In this document: piece after piece, positions 1 to 10,477 of the stretch
How positions within the stretch are numbered: position 1 is the first letter of the stretch
How the letters are laid out: the number at the start of each line of letters is the position of its first letter
Origin: an uncultured delta proteobacterium
GTDB lineage: Bacteria; Desulfobacterota; Binatia; UBA9968
DNA: 64,000 nt
Direction of reading: 5' to 3'
Assembly: GCA_963816145.1 (NCBI GenBank)
Contig: CAWFJP010000014.1
Coordinates: 1 to 64,000, forward strand
The notes under the pieces: model-generated
The model's input: the letters and a program-made list of their open reading frames with translations, nothing else
Databases searched by the model: none
What the model was told of the DNA's origin: nothing
Position numbers and translations under genes: made by a program

Positions 1-1266
1 TTTCCCTTCTTCTACGGCTGGATCATCGTCGCCATCGCCATGGTCGCGGGTTTCATTTCTTCCGGCGTGAGCAATGTGACGATGGCGGTGGTGTTAAAGC
101 CGATCAGTGAGGATCTCGGTTGGAGCCGGAGCGTCACCGCGGCGGCGATTACCTTGGGATCTTTTGGCGGCGGGCTGTTATCGCCGTTGTTTGGCCCGGT
201 GGCGGATCGATATGGGCCGCGGGTGTTGTTGCCGTTGGGCGGCATTCTCGTTGGACTGTTGTCGATCGCTGTGAGTCAAATCACACAGCCCTGGCAGTTC
301 TATGCGACGTTTATCCCAGCGCGGGCGCTGACGGAATTTCTGCTCTGCGGCGTCGTTCCCTACACGGCGATCGCCAATTGGTTCCACGCCAAGCGGCCAC
401 GCGCCATGGGGTTGGTGGCGATGTCGACGCCATTGGGCTCCGCGGCAACGACGCTGATTTTTCAATTTTTGGTCATACATTACGGTTGGCGCAGCGCGTT
501 TCTGGCGTTGGGTTGGGCGTTTCTCATTCTCGTCGTCGTGCCCGCGGCAATTTTCCTGCGCCGGCAACCGGAAGATCTGGGCATGTATCCCGATGGCATC
601 GCGCCTTCTTTGCGTTCCGCCGAAGCCGTTGCGTCCGCGGCGCCGACTTCCGTTGCCGGCGAGCCTAGCTGGTCGCGTGCCGCCGCAATGCGGACGACAA
701 CGCTCTGGTTGCTGGTGGTGAGCGTGTTTCTTGCGTCGCTCGGCACCGGCGGAATCGCGTTTCACACCGTCGCTTATTTTACAGACGTGAAAATCTCGCC
801 GGCGGCCGCTGCCGGCGCCTTGAGCGTTATGGCGCTGTCGGGAGCGTTCGGCAACGGCATCTGGGGCGCCTTGGCGGAGCGACACTCGCCGCGCAGCTTA
901 AGCGTGACCACGACGGCGCTGTCGGCCGCGTCGGTGGCTTTGTTGATGCAAGTCGATTCGCCGATAATGGCATATCTCTTCGGCGTACTCTTCGGCATTA
1001 GCGCTCGCGGCGGCACTGCGGTATTGACGCAGATTTTACTGGCGCACTATTTCGGCCGGCGCTCCTTCGGCGCCATCAGCGGCGTGCTCGAACCTTTTCA
1101 CAAAGGTGGGCTCGGCGCCGGCGCCTTGGTCGCCGGCATTGCCTTCGATTGGAGCGGCAACTATCGCGCGGTCTTACTGTTTTTTCTTGCCAGCTACTTG
1201 ATGTCGGCTGTGCTGGTGTTTCTTGCCCGGCGGCCGGAGCGGGACCGAGACCGAGTATTATCTTGA
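1..1266 (+). CDS. MFS transporter (OFA/MCT-like), 5' end truncated by the window edge
   Basis: Frame open from base 1 (FPFFYGWIIVAIAM...); about 12 hydrophobic segments; motif A-like GPVADRYGPR and GALAERHSPR. Confidence 0.9.
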   Translation, partial: FPFFYGWIIVAIAMVAGFISSGVSNVTMAVVLKPISEDLGWSRSVTAAAITLGSFGGGLLSPLFGPVADRYGPRVLLPLGGILVGLLSIAVSQITQPWQFYATFIPARALTEFLLCGVVPYTAIANWFHAKRPRAMGLVAMSTPLGSAATTLIFQFLVIHYGWRSAFLALGWAFLILVVVPAAIFLRRQPEDLGMYPDGIAPSLRSAEAVASAAPTSVAGEPSWSRAAAMRTTTLWLLVVSVFLASLGTGGIAFHTVAYFTDVKISPAAAAGALSVMALSGAFGNGIWGALAERHSPRSLSVTTTALSAASVALLMQVDSPIMAYLFGVLFGISARGGTAVLTQILLAHYFGRRSFGAISGVLEPFHKGGLGAGALVAGIAFDWSGNYRAVLLFFLASYLMSAVLVFLARRPERDRDRVLS

Positions 1267-1371
1267 TGGCGGATTGGCAGCTTGGCTTCGAAAAACCGCA
1301 AGCGCTACCTTCATACGGATCCTATCTCTTCATCGCTTGACTTTAAGACCTCATCCATTAGCTTTGTGGCC

Positions 1372-2697
1372 ATGATTTGGCTTCGTCGATTTATGCTGCT
1401 TGTCGTTCTCGTCACCCTCTCGTCACCGACTATTTCGTTTGCCGCGCAAGTTCAAGAGTTTGTCCTCGACAATGGCTTGAAGGTGCTGCTCTTGGAAGAC
1501 CACAAGAGCCCGGCGGTGACCTTTCAGGTCTGGTATCGGGTCGGCGGACGCAACGAGAAAGACGGAAAGAGCGGCTTGGCGCATTTTCTTGAGCATATGA
1601 TGTTCAAAGGCACGCCGACGACGGGACCGGAAGAGTATTCCCGGATCATCGCTAAAAACGGCGGTCGATCCAACGCCTTTACCACCGCGGACATGACCGT
1701 CTATTTCGCCACCATGAGCCGCGATAAGATCGACATTCAGCTCGAACTGGAAGCCGATCGCATGGCCAATGCGCTCTTGGCCGACACTTACTTCGAGGCG
1801 GAAAAGAAAGTCATTCAGGAAGAGCGGCGCCTGCGCACCGAGGACAATCCGGGTTCGGCGTTGTATGAGATCGCGGCTTCGGTGGCCTACACACTCCATC
1901 CTTACAGGCGTCCGGTGGTGGGTTGGATGGAGGACATTCAAAACCTCACGCGCCAGGACTTGGTCGATTTTTACAAACTTTATTATGCGCCCAACAACGC
2001 GGTGATCGTCATGGTCGGCGATTTTAACTCGGAAGAGATGCTCGCCAAGATCAAAGCCGCCTACGACAAAATTCCGCGCGGTGCCGGAGCGCCGCAGATG
2101 ACGGTAGTCGAGCCGCCTCAGCGCGGCGAAAAGCGGGTGACGCTGAAAAAGGATGCCGAGCTGCCAATCCTGCTGCTTCTGCATCATGTGCCTAACCTGC
2201 ATAGTCCTGATAGTTTCGCTCTCGATCTATTGTCCATGGTGCTCGCCGGCGGTAAGAGTTCGCGCCTGTATCAAGACTTGGTTTATCACAAGCGCTTGGT
2301 GCGTGGCATCGATGCCGATTACAGCGCGGTCTCCATGGACGCCACGGGGTTTGCTGTTTCGGCGCAGCTTTTGCCCGGCGCGGAGCTGGCCAAGGTCGAG
2401 CGCGAAATCGACCGCATACTCGACAAGGTCAGGGTCGAATTGGTGAGCGAACGCGAATTGCAGAAAGCCAAAAATCAAATCGAAGCGGCTTTCATCTTTG
2501 GCCAGGACTCGATCTTCGGCCAAGCGATGAAAACCGGCTACTATGAAATGGTCGGCGATTGGCGCTTGGTCGATAGTTATCTCGACAGCATGCGCAAAGT
2601 CACTCGGGAAGATCTTCGGCGCGTGGCGCAGAAATATCTCCAACCGGACAACCGCACGGTTGGTACCTTGATTCCGGCCAAAGCGAAAGCCCAATGA
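1372..2697 (+). CDS. M16 (pitrilysin-family) zinc peptidase, catalytic subunit, exported
   Basis: Inverted zinc motif HFLEH (GLAHFLEHMMFKGT), NAFT, EERR; signal peptide; ATG 1372 preferred over TTG 1282. Confidence 0.92.
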   Translation: MIWLRRFMLLVVLVTLSSPTISFAAQVQEFVLDNGLKVLLLEDHKSPAVTFQVWYRVGGRNEKDGKSGLAHFLEHMMFKGTPTTGPEEYSRIIAKNGGRSNAFTTADMTVYFATMSRDKIDIQLELEADRMANALLADTYFEAEKKVIQEERRLRTEDNPGSALYEIAASVAYTLHPYRRPVVGWMEDIQNLTRQDLVDFYKLYYAPNNAVIVMVGDFNSEEMLAKIKAAYDKIPRGAGAPQMTVVEPPQRGEKRVTLKKDAELPILLLLHHVPNLHSPDSFALDLLSMVLAGGKSSRLYQDLVYHKRLVRGIDADYSAVSMDATGFAVSAQLLPGAELAKVEREIDRILDKVRVELVSERELQKAKNQIEAAFIFGQDSIFGQAMKTGYYEMVGDWRLVDSYLDSMRKVTREDLRRVAQKYLQPDNRTVGTLIPAKAKAQ

Positions 2698-4013
2698 CGG
2701 GTAAATTAATCGGCCTACTTTTGTTCACTTTATTGGTGCAGGTCGTGCCGGCGCAGGGTGCGATGGTGCCGAAACGAAGTGTGCTCAGCAACGGCTTGGT
2801 GCTGTTGACCTCCGAGCAGCGCAGCTTGCCGATTGTGTCTATCGAAATGTTGATCGATGCCGGCGCGCGCCATGAGAGCGCGGAGCATGCCGGTCTAGCT
2901 CATTTGACCTCAAACCTGTTGACCGACGGCACTGCAAAGCACAGCGCCCTGCAAATCAGCGAGACGCTGGATTTTATCGGCGCCAGCCTCGACACCGGTT
3001 GTGGCGACGATCTGGCGACGATCAGCATGACGATCCTCAAGAAAGACTTGGCTGTTGGCTTGCAGTTGCTCGGCGAGATTCTCACCGGCGCGAGCTTTCC
3101 GGTAGCCGAGATCGACCGGCAGAAGCAAGCAATAATAGCGTCGATCAGAGCGAAAGAAGAAGATCCCGGCAGCGTGGCGTCAGAAGCATTTGCCGCCGCC
3201 TTGTTTCCCGGCAGCGCCTACGGTCGGCCGGTGGAGGGGACGGAGGCTTCGGTGAAGCGGCTGGATCGGCAGCGCGTGCAAGAATTTTTTCAGCGCTACT
3301 ATCGGCCCAATCGAACCATCGTGTCGGTGGTCGGCGATGTTTCCGAGCCGGAGATTAGCGCGGCGCTCAACCAAGTCCTAAGGAACTGGACCAAAGGCGA
3401 AGCAAGCAAGCCACCGACGGTGCCGGCGCAGAACGACATTGCGCGGACGTTGCGGATCAATAAGGATCTGACCCAAGCCAATATCATTCTGGGACATGGC
3501 GGAGTGCCGCGCGGCCATCCCGACTACTACGCGATCCAAGTGATGAACTACATTCTCGGCGGCGGCGGATTTTCGTCGCGGGCGATGGAGTCGATCCGCA
3601 ATGAGCGCGGCTTGGCCTATTCCGTCTACAGCTATTTCGGCGCGGAGAAAAGTTACGGAACTTTTCAATTCGTCATGCAGACCAAAAACGAGAGCGCAGC
3701 GGAGGCGATGGGGCTCGCCCGCGAGGAGATTCGGCGCATGCGCGATGAGTTGGTCAGCGAGGTCGAATTGAGCGATGCCAAGGACTATCTAATCGGTAGC
3801 TTTCCTCTACGTTTCGATACTAATCGAAAAGTGGCCGGGTTTTTGGGCCAGGTGGAATTTTATGACCTGGGTCTCGATTATGCCGATCGTTATGGCGAAT
3901 TTATCCGCAAGGTGAGCCGCGCCGATGTGCAGCGGGTGGCGCGCGAACATCTGATCCCGGAAAAATTGCTTGCGATCATCGTCGGTAACCAACAGAAGAT
4001 TAGTGTGCAATAG
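2694..4013 (+). CDS. M16 peptidase, non-catalytic partner subunit
   Basis: M16 motifs but HxxEH degenerate (HLTSN); retains R/Y pair IRNERGLAY; ATGA overlap with upstream gene. Confidence 0.9.
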   Translation: MTGKLIGLLLFTLLVQVVPAQGAMVPKRSVLSNGLVLLTSEQRSLPIVSIEMLIDAGARHESAEHAGLAHLTSNLLTDGTAKHSALQISETLDFIGASLDTGCGDDLATISMTILKKDLAVGLQLLGEILTGASFPVAEIDRQKQAIIASIRAKEEDPGSVASEAFAAALFPGSAYGRPVEGTEASVKRLDRQRVQEFFQRYYRPNRTIVSVVGDVSEPEISAALNQVLRNWTKGEASKPPTVPAQNDIARTLRINKDLTQANIILGHGGVPRGHPDYYAIQVMNYILGGGGFSSRAMESIRNERGLAYSVYSYFGAEKSYGTFQFVMQTKNESAAEAMGLAREEIRRMRDELVSEVELSDAKDYLIGSFPLRFDTNRKVAGFLGQVEFYDLGLDYADRYGEFIRKVSRADVQRVAREHLIPEKLLAIIVGNQQKISVQ

Positions 4014-4161
4014 TCGCCAAGTTTACATCCGTGCGCCGCGAATTGTCGTTGCCGGTGGCAAATTTTGTTGCTTGGGATCCGAAGGGCGTCGCTTTTGAAT
4101 TTTCCAAGGCGAATGGTCACTGCGAATTCAGGTGGTTGAAGCCGACTTGTCGGTCGCTTCG

Positions 4162-4177
4162 CGGCATGGTTTGTGCT
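4162..4177 (+). promoter_or_regulatory. Candidate sigma-54 (-24/-12) promoter
   Basis: CGGCATGGTTTGTGCT: GG-N10-GC spacing, about 50 bp upstream of the response regulator. Confidence 0.35.
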
Positions 4178-4227
4178 AAATTCCCCTGCGTCAGGTCGCA
4201 GCTCAGGAATTATTCGCTTGAACAACT

Positions 4228-4614
4228 ATGAAGAAAATCTTGATCATTGAAGACCACGCTGACATGCGCGAGTTGCTCACCTGGCAGGTCGAGCTGATGG
4301 GCTTTGCCGCGCTTGCAGCTAAGCAGGGCAGCGAAGGATTGCAAAAAGCTCAAAGCGAAAATCCTGATCTGATCATTTTGGATATCATGATGCCGGGCAT
4401 GGATGGCTGGCAAGCGGCCCGAGAACTCAAGGCCAACCCGGCGACCAAAGATATTCCGATCCTTGCTGCCACGGCATTGTTTCGCGACCCCGATCTCAAG
4501 ACTTGCATGGACTCCGGCTGCAATGGGTACATCGTCAAGCCCTTTACTTTTCAAGAACTGCAAGGAAAGGTAAAGGAACTGATTCCAGCCGTCGACTTCA
4601 CCTTTCCCCGTTAA
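4228..4614 (+). CDS. Single-domain response regulator (CheY/DivK-like receiver)
   Basis: ILIIED, DLIILDIMMPGMDG phospho-Asp motif, YIVKPF. Confidence 0.92.
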   Translation: MKKILIIEDHADMRELLTWQVELMGFAALAAKQGSEGLQKAQSENPDLIILDIMMPGMDGWQAARELKANPATKDIPILAATALFRDPDLKTCMDSGCNGYIVKPFTFQELQGKVKELIPAVDFTFPR

Positions 4615-4678
4615 TCGGTGACTCGCCGGTCAGACTCGGCGAGTTCGCGGCATTCAATCACAGGTTCCTCCGGATGGT

Positions 4679-6004
4679 ATGGCAGTGTCGACCCGCGCCC
4701 AAGCGATTTCGATTGTTCAGCAGTTGCGTTCACAGGGCCATGAGGCGTTTTTCGCCGGCGGCTGCGTGCGCGATATGCTGCTCAACAAAGAGCCGCAGGA
4801 TTATGACATCGCCACCAGCGCCAGGCCGGAGGATATCCAGCGCATTTTCCCCGCTACCGTTCCGGTGGGCGCGCAATTTGGCGTGATTCTCGTTGTGATC
4901 GACGGCGCGCCGTTCGAAGTGGCGAGCTTTCGTCATGACGGTCCTTATCTCGATGGCCGGCGGCCGAGCACCGTGCGCTATGGTACTCTCGAAGAGGACA
5001 TTCAGCGGCGCGATTTCACGATCAATGGCATGGTCTACGATCCGCTCGGTGATCGGGTCATCGATTTGGTCGGTGGCCAAGACGATCTGCGGCGCGGCAT
5101 CGTGCGCGCCATTGGCGATCCGCAGGCGCGCTTCGAGGAAGACCGCTTGCGTATGATCCGCGCGGTGCGATTTGCCGCGAGTCTCAATTTCGAAATTGAT
5201 GTGCCGACCTTTGCGGCGATGCAAAAGCTGGCGCCGAGCATCGCGGTTATTTCTTGGGAACGCATCGGCGACGAGATCACCCGCATCCTGACCGAGGGCG
5301 GCGCACAGCGCGGCTTCGAACTGCTGGATCATAGCGGCCTGCTGCAAATTATTCTGCCGGAAATCGTCGCCATGAAGGGTACCGCGCAGACGCCGGACTT
5401 TCATCCCGAGGGTGATGTCTTCACGCACACGCTGTTGTTACTGAGCCACTTAAAATCGCCCACGGAAACTTTAGCCTACGGTTGTTTGTTGCATGACGTT
5501 GCCAAGCCCATCTGCTTCCGCCAGGATGGCGACCGCATTACCTTTTACGGCCATACCGAACAGGGCGCCGAGATCGCCGAAACGATCCTCAAGCGGCTCA
5601 AGCGTGCCCGCGCGGTGTGGGAACGGGTTTCGTACCTGGTGCGCAATCACTTGCGCCAGGTGCAGGCGCCGCAAATGCGCTTGAGCACGCTCAAGCGCTT
5701 TCTGCGCGAAGACGGCATCGAAGAGTTGCTCGAGTTGGCGCGCATCGACGCGTTGTCGTCCAACGGCGACTTGAGTTATTATCGGTTTTGCCAGGAACGG
5801 CGCGGCGAGTTGAAGGAAGAGGAGATCCACCCCGAGCCCTTGGTGCGCGGCGGCGATTTGATCGAGCTCGGGTTCAAACCTGGACCGCGATTCGGGGAAA
5901 TCTTACGCCAGGTCGAAGATGCGCAGTTGGGCGGCGAGTTGCGCAGCCGGGACGAGGCGATCGAGTGGATCAAAAGCAGATTTAGCAACGAGGTCGGCGG
6001 ATGA
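4679..6004 (+). CDS. cca: Class II CCA tRNA nucleotidyltransferase with HD domain
   Basis: GGCVRD..DYDIAT, RRDFTIN, EDRLR; flexible loop present (FRHDGPYLDGRRP); HD domain HPEGDV..H, LLHD. Confidence 0.85.
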   Translation: MAVSTRAQAISIVQQLRSQGHEAFFAGGCVRDMLLNKEPQDYDIATSARPEDIQRIFPATVPVGAQFGVILVVIDGAPFEVASFRHDGPYLDGRRPSTVRYGTLEEDIQRRDFTINGMVYDPLGDRVIDLVGGQDDLRRGIVRAIGDPQARFEEDRLRMIRAVRFAASLNFEIDVPTFAAMQKLAPSIAVISWERIGDEITRILTEGGAQRGFELLDHSGLLQIILPEIVAMKGTAQTPDFHPEGDVFTHTLLLLSHLKSPTETLAYGCLLHDVAKPICFRQDGDRITFYGHTEQGAEIAETILKRLKRARAVWERVSYLVRNHLRQVQAPQMRLSTLKRFLREDGIEELLELARIDALSSNGDLSYYRFCQERRGELKEEEIHPEPLVRGGDLIELGFKPGPRFGEILRQVEDAQLGGELRSRDEAIEWIKSRFSNEVGG

Positions 6005-8304
6005 AGAAAACACCAACGTACAACGTCATCGGCAAAGCGGAGCTGCGCAACGACGGCGCCGAGAAGGTGACCGGTAAAGCGCTCTATACCGTCGATGTCG
6101 ATTTGCCCGGCATGGCCCATGGCAAGATTTTGCGCAGCCCCTACGCCCATGCGCGGCTCTTGCGCGTCGATGGCAGCAAGGCCGAGCAATTGCCGGGAGT
6201 CTTTGCCGTGGTGACGCGCGAGGACCAAAAAAGCCTGCGCATGTTCGGCGCGGCTTACAAAGATCAAACCATCGTCGCCGTCGATAAAGTGCGCTACGCC
6301 GGCGATCCGGTGGCGGCGGTGGCTGCAGTTGATGAAGCCACCGCCGCGCAGGCTTTGGAGCTAATCGAAGTGGATTACGAAGATCTGCCCGCGGTGACCA
6401 GTATTGACGAAGCCCTCGCCGACAACGCGCCGTTGGTGCACGATGCTTCGGCCAGCGGTGGCGAACTCATGGGGCAGCGTTACGAAGCGCCCAAGGAATT
6501 CAGCGGCACCAACCTTTGTTATCGTTTTTGTTACGCCAACGGCGATGTCGATGCCGGTTTCAAGAAAGCCGATCATATTTTTGAAAACACGTTTACTTTT
6601 CCGCGGGTGCAGCATTTTTCCATGGAGCCGCATGCGACGGTGGCCGATTTCGCCGGAGACCGCATCACGCTCTGGGCCGGCACTCAGGAGCCGTTCACGC
6701 TGCGCGAACATCTGGCCGATATTTTTCATCTACCGCAAAGCAAGATTCGCGTCATCGTGCCTTATGTCGGCGGCGGCTACGGCGGCAAGCTCGCCGTCAA
6801 GACGGAGCCGTTGGCCGCGGTGTTATCCTGGAAGGCCAAGCGGCCGGTGCGTTTGGCCCATACCATCGAAGAGAGTTTTAGGACCGTAACGCGCCATCCG
6901 GCGCGCGTCCGGATCAAGACCGGTGTGAGCAAGGACGGTAAACTGGTGGCGCGCCAATGTGTGATTTACATGGAAACCGGTGCCTATGCCGATGCCGGCC
7001 CGCGGGTGACCCAGAAGGCGGGCTACCGCTGCTTCGGGCCCTACCGGATTCCTCATGTGAAGACCGAGGCTTACACGGTTTACACCAATACCGTTCCGGC
7101 GGGCGCGTACCGCGGTTTCGGCACGCTGCAAGTGACCTGGGCCTACGAGTCACAGATGGATATCATCGCCGACAAGTTGGGCTTGGATCCGCTCGAATTT
7201 CGCATCAAGAATCTGCTCAAGAAGGGCGACCTGTACACTCCTGGTGATACGCCGGTGGATTGCGATCTCAAAGCTGGGCTCTTGCAAGCCGCTGAAGAAA
7301 TCGGTTGGAAACAGAAAGTCACCAAGCCCAATCGCGGCCGCGGCCTGGCGGTGTGCATGAAAGACGGCGGCGGCACTTACAAGGTTTCCTCGGCGGCGGT
7401 GAAGATGAATGCCGACGGCAGCGTCGTGCTGCTCACCGGCACGGTGGAAGTGGGGCAAGGCGCGCGCACGGCGTTGAGCCAGGTGGTCGCCGAAGAGCTG
7501 GCGATTCCATTCGACGCCGTCACCGTGGCGCAGCTGGATACCGAGATCACGCCGTACGATGTCAACACCAACGCCAGCAGTTCCATGGTTGTCATGGGCC
7601 TGTCGGTGCAGCGCGCGGCGCAGGATTTAAAGCGGCAGATTCTGCGTCATGCGGCGAAGGTTCTTAAAGCCAAAGCCGAACAGTTGCAGTTGAGCGGTGG
7701 CAAGATCGTTGGGCCGAAAAACCAGGCTCTGTCGTTTGTTCAACTCATGCAGAAAGTTTTCTTGTCGCGCTCCGGCGAACTCGTCGGTCACGGCGCTTAC
7801 CAATCGATCAAGAGTGCCAAAGCGGCACTGGGCTCGCCGACCAATTTCTGGGAGATCAGCTGGGGCGCGGCGGAGGTGGAAGTCAACCGCGATACCGGCG
7901 AGATCAAATTGCTCAAGTATGTATCCTTGGCCGATGTCGGCCGGGCAATTCATCCGCTCCAGTGCGAAGGGCAGGACGAAGGCGGAGTCATGAACGCCAT
8001 CGGCCATACTTTGATGGAAGAGATGGTTTACAAGGACGGTCAGCTGTTAAACCCCAACTTGGTCGATTACCGGGTGCCGAGTTTCAATACTTTACCGAAG
8101 GATTTCGAAACTATTCTGGTCGAGAGCCACAATGGCCCCGGACCGTTTGGTGCTAAGGGCACGGGAGAGGGTGGATTATTGCCGGTGGCCGCTGCGATTG
8201 GTAACGCAGTCTACCGTGCTATCGGGCTGCGCATGTACGATCTGCCGCTGACGCCGGAAAAGGTTTGGCGCGGCTTGGCGGCGCGCGCGGAAATGATCGA
8301 TTAG
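6001..8304 (+). CDS. Xanthine dehydrogenase family molybdopterin-binding large subunit
   Basis: KVTGKALY, VGGGYGGK, AYRGFG, GQG, GPFGAKGTGE. Confidence 0.92.
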   Translation: MKKTPTYNVIGKAELRNDGAEKVTGKALYTVDVDLPGMAHGKILRSPYAHARLLRVDGSKAEQLPGVFAVVTREDQKSLRMFGAAYKDQTIVAVDKVRYAGDPVAAVAAVDEATAAQALELIEVDYEDLPAVTSIDEALADNAPLVHDASASGGELMGQRYEAPKEFSGTNLCYRFCYANGDVDAGFKKADHIFENTFTFPRVQHFSMEPHATVADFAGDRITLWAGTQEPFTLREHLADIFHLPQSKIRVIVPYVGGGYGGKLAVKTEPLAAVLSWKAKRPVRLAHTIEESFRTVTRHPARVRIKTGVSKDGKLVARQCVIYMETGAYADAGPRVTQKAGYRCFGPYRIPHVKTEAYTVYTNTVPAGAYRGFGTLQVTWAYESQMDIIADKLGLDPLEFRIKNLLKKGDLYTPGDTPVDCDLKAGLLQAAEEIGWKQKVTKPNRGRGLAVCMKDGGGTYKVSSAAVKMNADGSVVLLTGTVEVGQGARTALSQVVAEELAIPFDAVTVAQLDTEITPYDVNTNASSSMVVMGLSVQRAAQDLKRQILRHAAKVLKAKAEQLQLSGGKIVGPKNQALSFVQLMQKVFLSRSGELVGHGAYQSIKSAKAALGSPTNFWEISWGAAEVEVNRDTGEIKLLKYVSLADVGRAIHPLQCEGQDEGGVMNAIGHTLMEEMVYKDGQLLNPNLVDYRVPSFNTLPKDFETILVESHNGPGPFGAKGTGEGGLLPVAAAIGNAVYRAIGLRMYDLPLTPEKVWRGLAARAEMID

Positions 8305-8387
8305 CCAGATGTTCGATCATGTTGCTCGGAGTCCGGCGTTTCGCCATCGAGTTTTGCGCCGCACTTCGAGCACCTATCGCATCGTCT

Positions 8388-10415
8388 TTACTGTCCGCCT
8401 TTAATCAAGTTGATCAGCAAGCCTTCTGGGAACGGTACGTTCAATAGTTTCTCGAACAGACCCCAGTAAAACAGCCAGGTAAAAAACGTTACCCCGACGA
8501 CAATCGGCCACTTTTCTTTGGCGGCGATGATGAGATAGGCCAGAATCGTAATGGGTACGGCGTAGGAAAATCCTAGGATCCAGATCACCAAGAAAAATGC
8601 CACGGTCCAAATAATGATTGATAGGGTTCGTTGCCTGGTCTCTTGCGGCGTTACTTCTTCACCGGGCGCTTCCTGATATTCGGCGACTTTCTTTTTCTTC
8701 TTGCCATAAAGGTCACGGCCCAGCTGCGCAAACGCCAATATCAGTGTCGGGATGCCGATAACCCAAGGAAATAGGCCGGCGCGAAAGCCAAAATTGCGGC
8801 TCTGCCAGAGCGCCAGGGCGAGCAGCAGGATGGTGACGAGGGTGAACCATACCGCTGGGCCAAAGCGAATTCCGCCGGCCGGGGTCTCGCCCCCAATCTG
8901 GCTGGTTGCGTTTCCCGCCGCAGCTTTTTCCTTGGCTTCGCGGCGCTCCTTAATTATCGGATAAAAGATTCCGACAAGCGTCAACAGGAATATGCCGATA
9001 ACGCCCGGTCGGTGCATCCATGCAAGGCCATAGTTGTCGGTTGACAGGAACAAGCGGTTTTCGGCCAGCGGTCCCAAGACCAATCCCAGGAGAACCGGCG
9101 GCCGCGGCCATTCCAATTTTTCCATGATCCAACCAAGGGCGCCGAAGAAAAGCACAATGACCATATCCTCGAAGGCGTTCTTTTCGGCGAAGGCGCCGAG
9201 ATAAATCAGTACTAGAATGATCGGAATGATGATGCCGCCGCGCACCTGGGTGACTTTCGCCAAAGGTTTCAGGAAGAGAAAACAAATACCAACGGTGATG
9301 ATGTTGGAAATGATGATGACCCAGACAAAGGAGTAGGTTAGATCTAGCTTGCCCTTGGGCGGAGGGATCAACATATCCGGTCCGGGCACGATGCCCTGGA
9401 TGATAAAGGCGCCGAGCAGGATCGCCATAATGACGCTGGCGGGCACGCCGAACGCGATGGTCGTGATCAGGCTGCCACCGAGAGTCGAATTATTTGCCGC
9501 GCCTGGTCCCAACACGCCGCGCACATCGCCTTTGCCGAAGCGTTCCTTATCCGGCGAGCTCTGCACGGCGTGGGCATAAGCCAGCCACTGCGTCGTTGCC
9601 GCGCCCATACCTGGAATTATCGCCGTGACCGTGCCGAGTGCGCTGCAGCGCATGACCAGCCAAAAATGGCGGAACGTATCTTTAACGCCCTCCATGACAC
9701 CGCCAAATTCACCAACTTCTTTTTTGGAAATGCTGGTGCCGAGGACTGCCAGCTCAATGGTTTCCGGAATCGCGTAGAAGCCGATGGTGATGGGCACCAA
9801 GCCGATGCCATCCCAAAGAAACAATTGACCGAAAGTGTAGCGCTGAATCCCCGAGATAGGATCCAAACCGATGGTCGCGAGCATGAGGCCAATGCCGCCA
9901 GCTACGATGCCCTTGAGCGGATCTTCTCCGCTTAACGAGGCGACGAAAGATATGCCTAGCAACGAGAGCATGAAAAATTCCGGCGAGCCAAAGGACAGCA
10001 CCAGCGGTCGGATGACCGGTATGGCTGCGCCGAGGGCGACGCCGGCAAAGATGGCGCCAACCAATGAACTCATCAACACCGCGCCAAGCGCGCGTCCCGT
10101 CTCGCCGTTGCGTGCCATGGCATGGCCGTCGACAATAGTTGATGCCGTCGTCGGTTCGCCGGGCACGCCGAACAATACCGACGTGATGTCGCCGGTGGTC
10201 GCCGTGACCGCGGTCATGCCGAGCAAGAAGGCAAACGCTTCGACGGCGCTCATTTTGAAAACGAACGGCAGCATCAACGCCATCGCAGTCGGTCCGCCGA
10301 GTCCGGGAAGGATGCCGACGACGAATCCGATGGCGATGCCGACCATCATGAGATTGAAGGTCGACAGGTTGAAGCACTGCAAAAAGCCCGAGATCAGAGC
10401 ATGCAACATGTCCAT
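8388..10415 (-). CDS. tctA: Tripartite tricarboxylate transporter TctA with fused C-terminal TctB-like domain
   Basis: GILPGLG and GVPGEP motifs, PPVLLGLVLGPLAE; extra ~150 aa C-terminal 4-TM segment ending LLNVPFPEG; RBS GAGGAGG before ATG 10415. Confidence 0.88.
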   Translation of the reverse strand: MDMLHALISGFLQCFNLSTFNLMMVGIAIGFVVGILPGLGGPTAMALMLPFVFKMSAVEAFAFLLGMTAVTATTGDITSVLFGVPGEPTTASTIVDGHAMARNGETGRALGAVLMSSLVGAIFAGVALGAAIPVIRPLVLSFGSPEFFMLSLLGISFVASLSGEDPLKGIVAGGIGLMLATIGLDPISGIQRYTFGQLFLWDGIGLVPITIGFYAIPETIELAVLGTSISKKEVGEFGGVMEGVKDTFRHFWLVMRCSALGTVTAIIPGMGAATTQWLAYAHAVQSSPDKERFGKGDVRGVLGPGAANNSTLGGSLITTIAFGVPASVIMAILLGAFIIQGIVPGPDMLIPPPKGKLDLTYSFVWVIIISNIITVGICFLFLKPLAKVTQVRGGIIIPIILVLIYLGAFAEKNAFEDMVIVLFFGALGWIMEKLEWPRPPVLLGLVLGPLAENRLFLSTDNYGLAWMHRPGVIGIFLLTLVGIFYPIIKERREAKEKAAAGNATSQIGGETPAGGIRFGPAVWFTLVTILLLALALWQSRNFGFRAGLFPWVIGIPTLILAFAQLGRDLYGKKKKKVAEYQEAPGEEVTPQETRQRTLSIIIWTVAFFLVIWILGFSYAVPITILAYLIIAAKEKWPIVVGVTFFTWLFYWGLFEKLLNVPFPEGLLINLIKGGQ

Positions 10416-10477
10416 GGAAAAGCTAAACCCTCCTCGAACTACCGCCGAATGTTCGACGGTCATTATCAATGTTAGGG

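Noticed and set aside
4679-6004. Poly(A) polymerase or CC-only enzyme
   Set aside because: The PAP signature (LVGxRFxLxH) is absent and the flexible loop needed for A-addition is present
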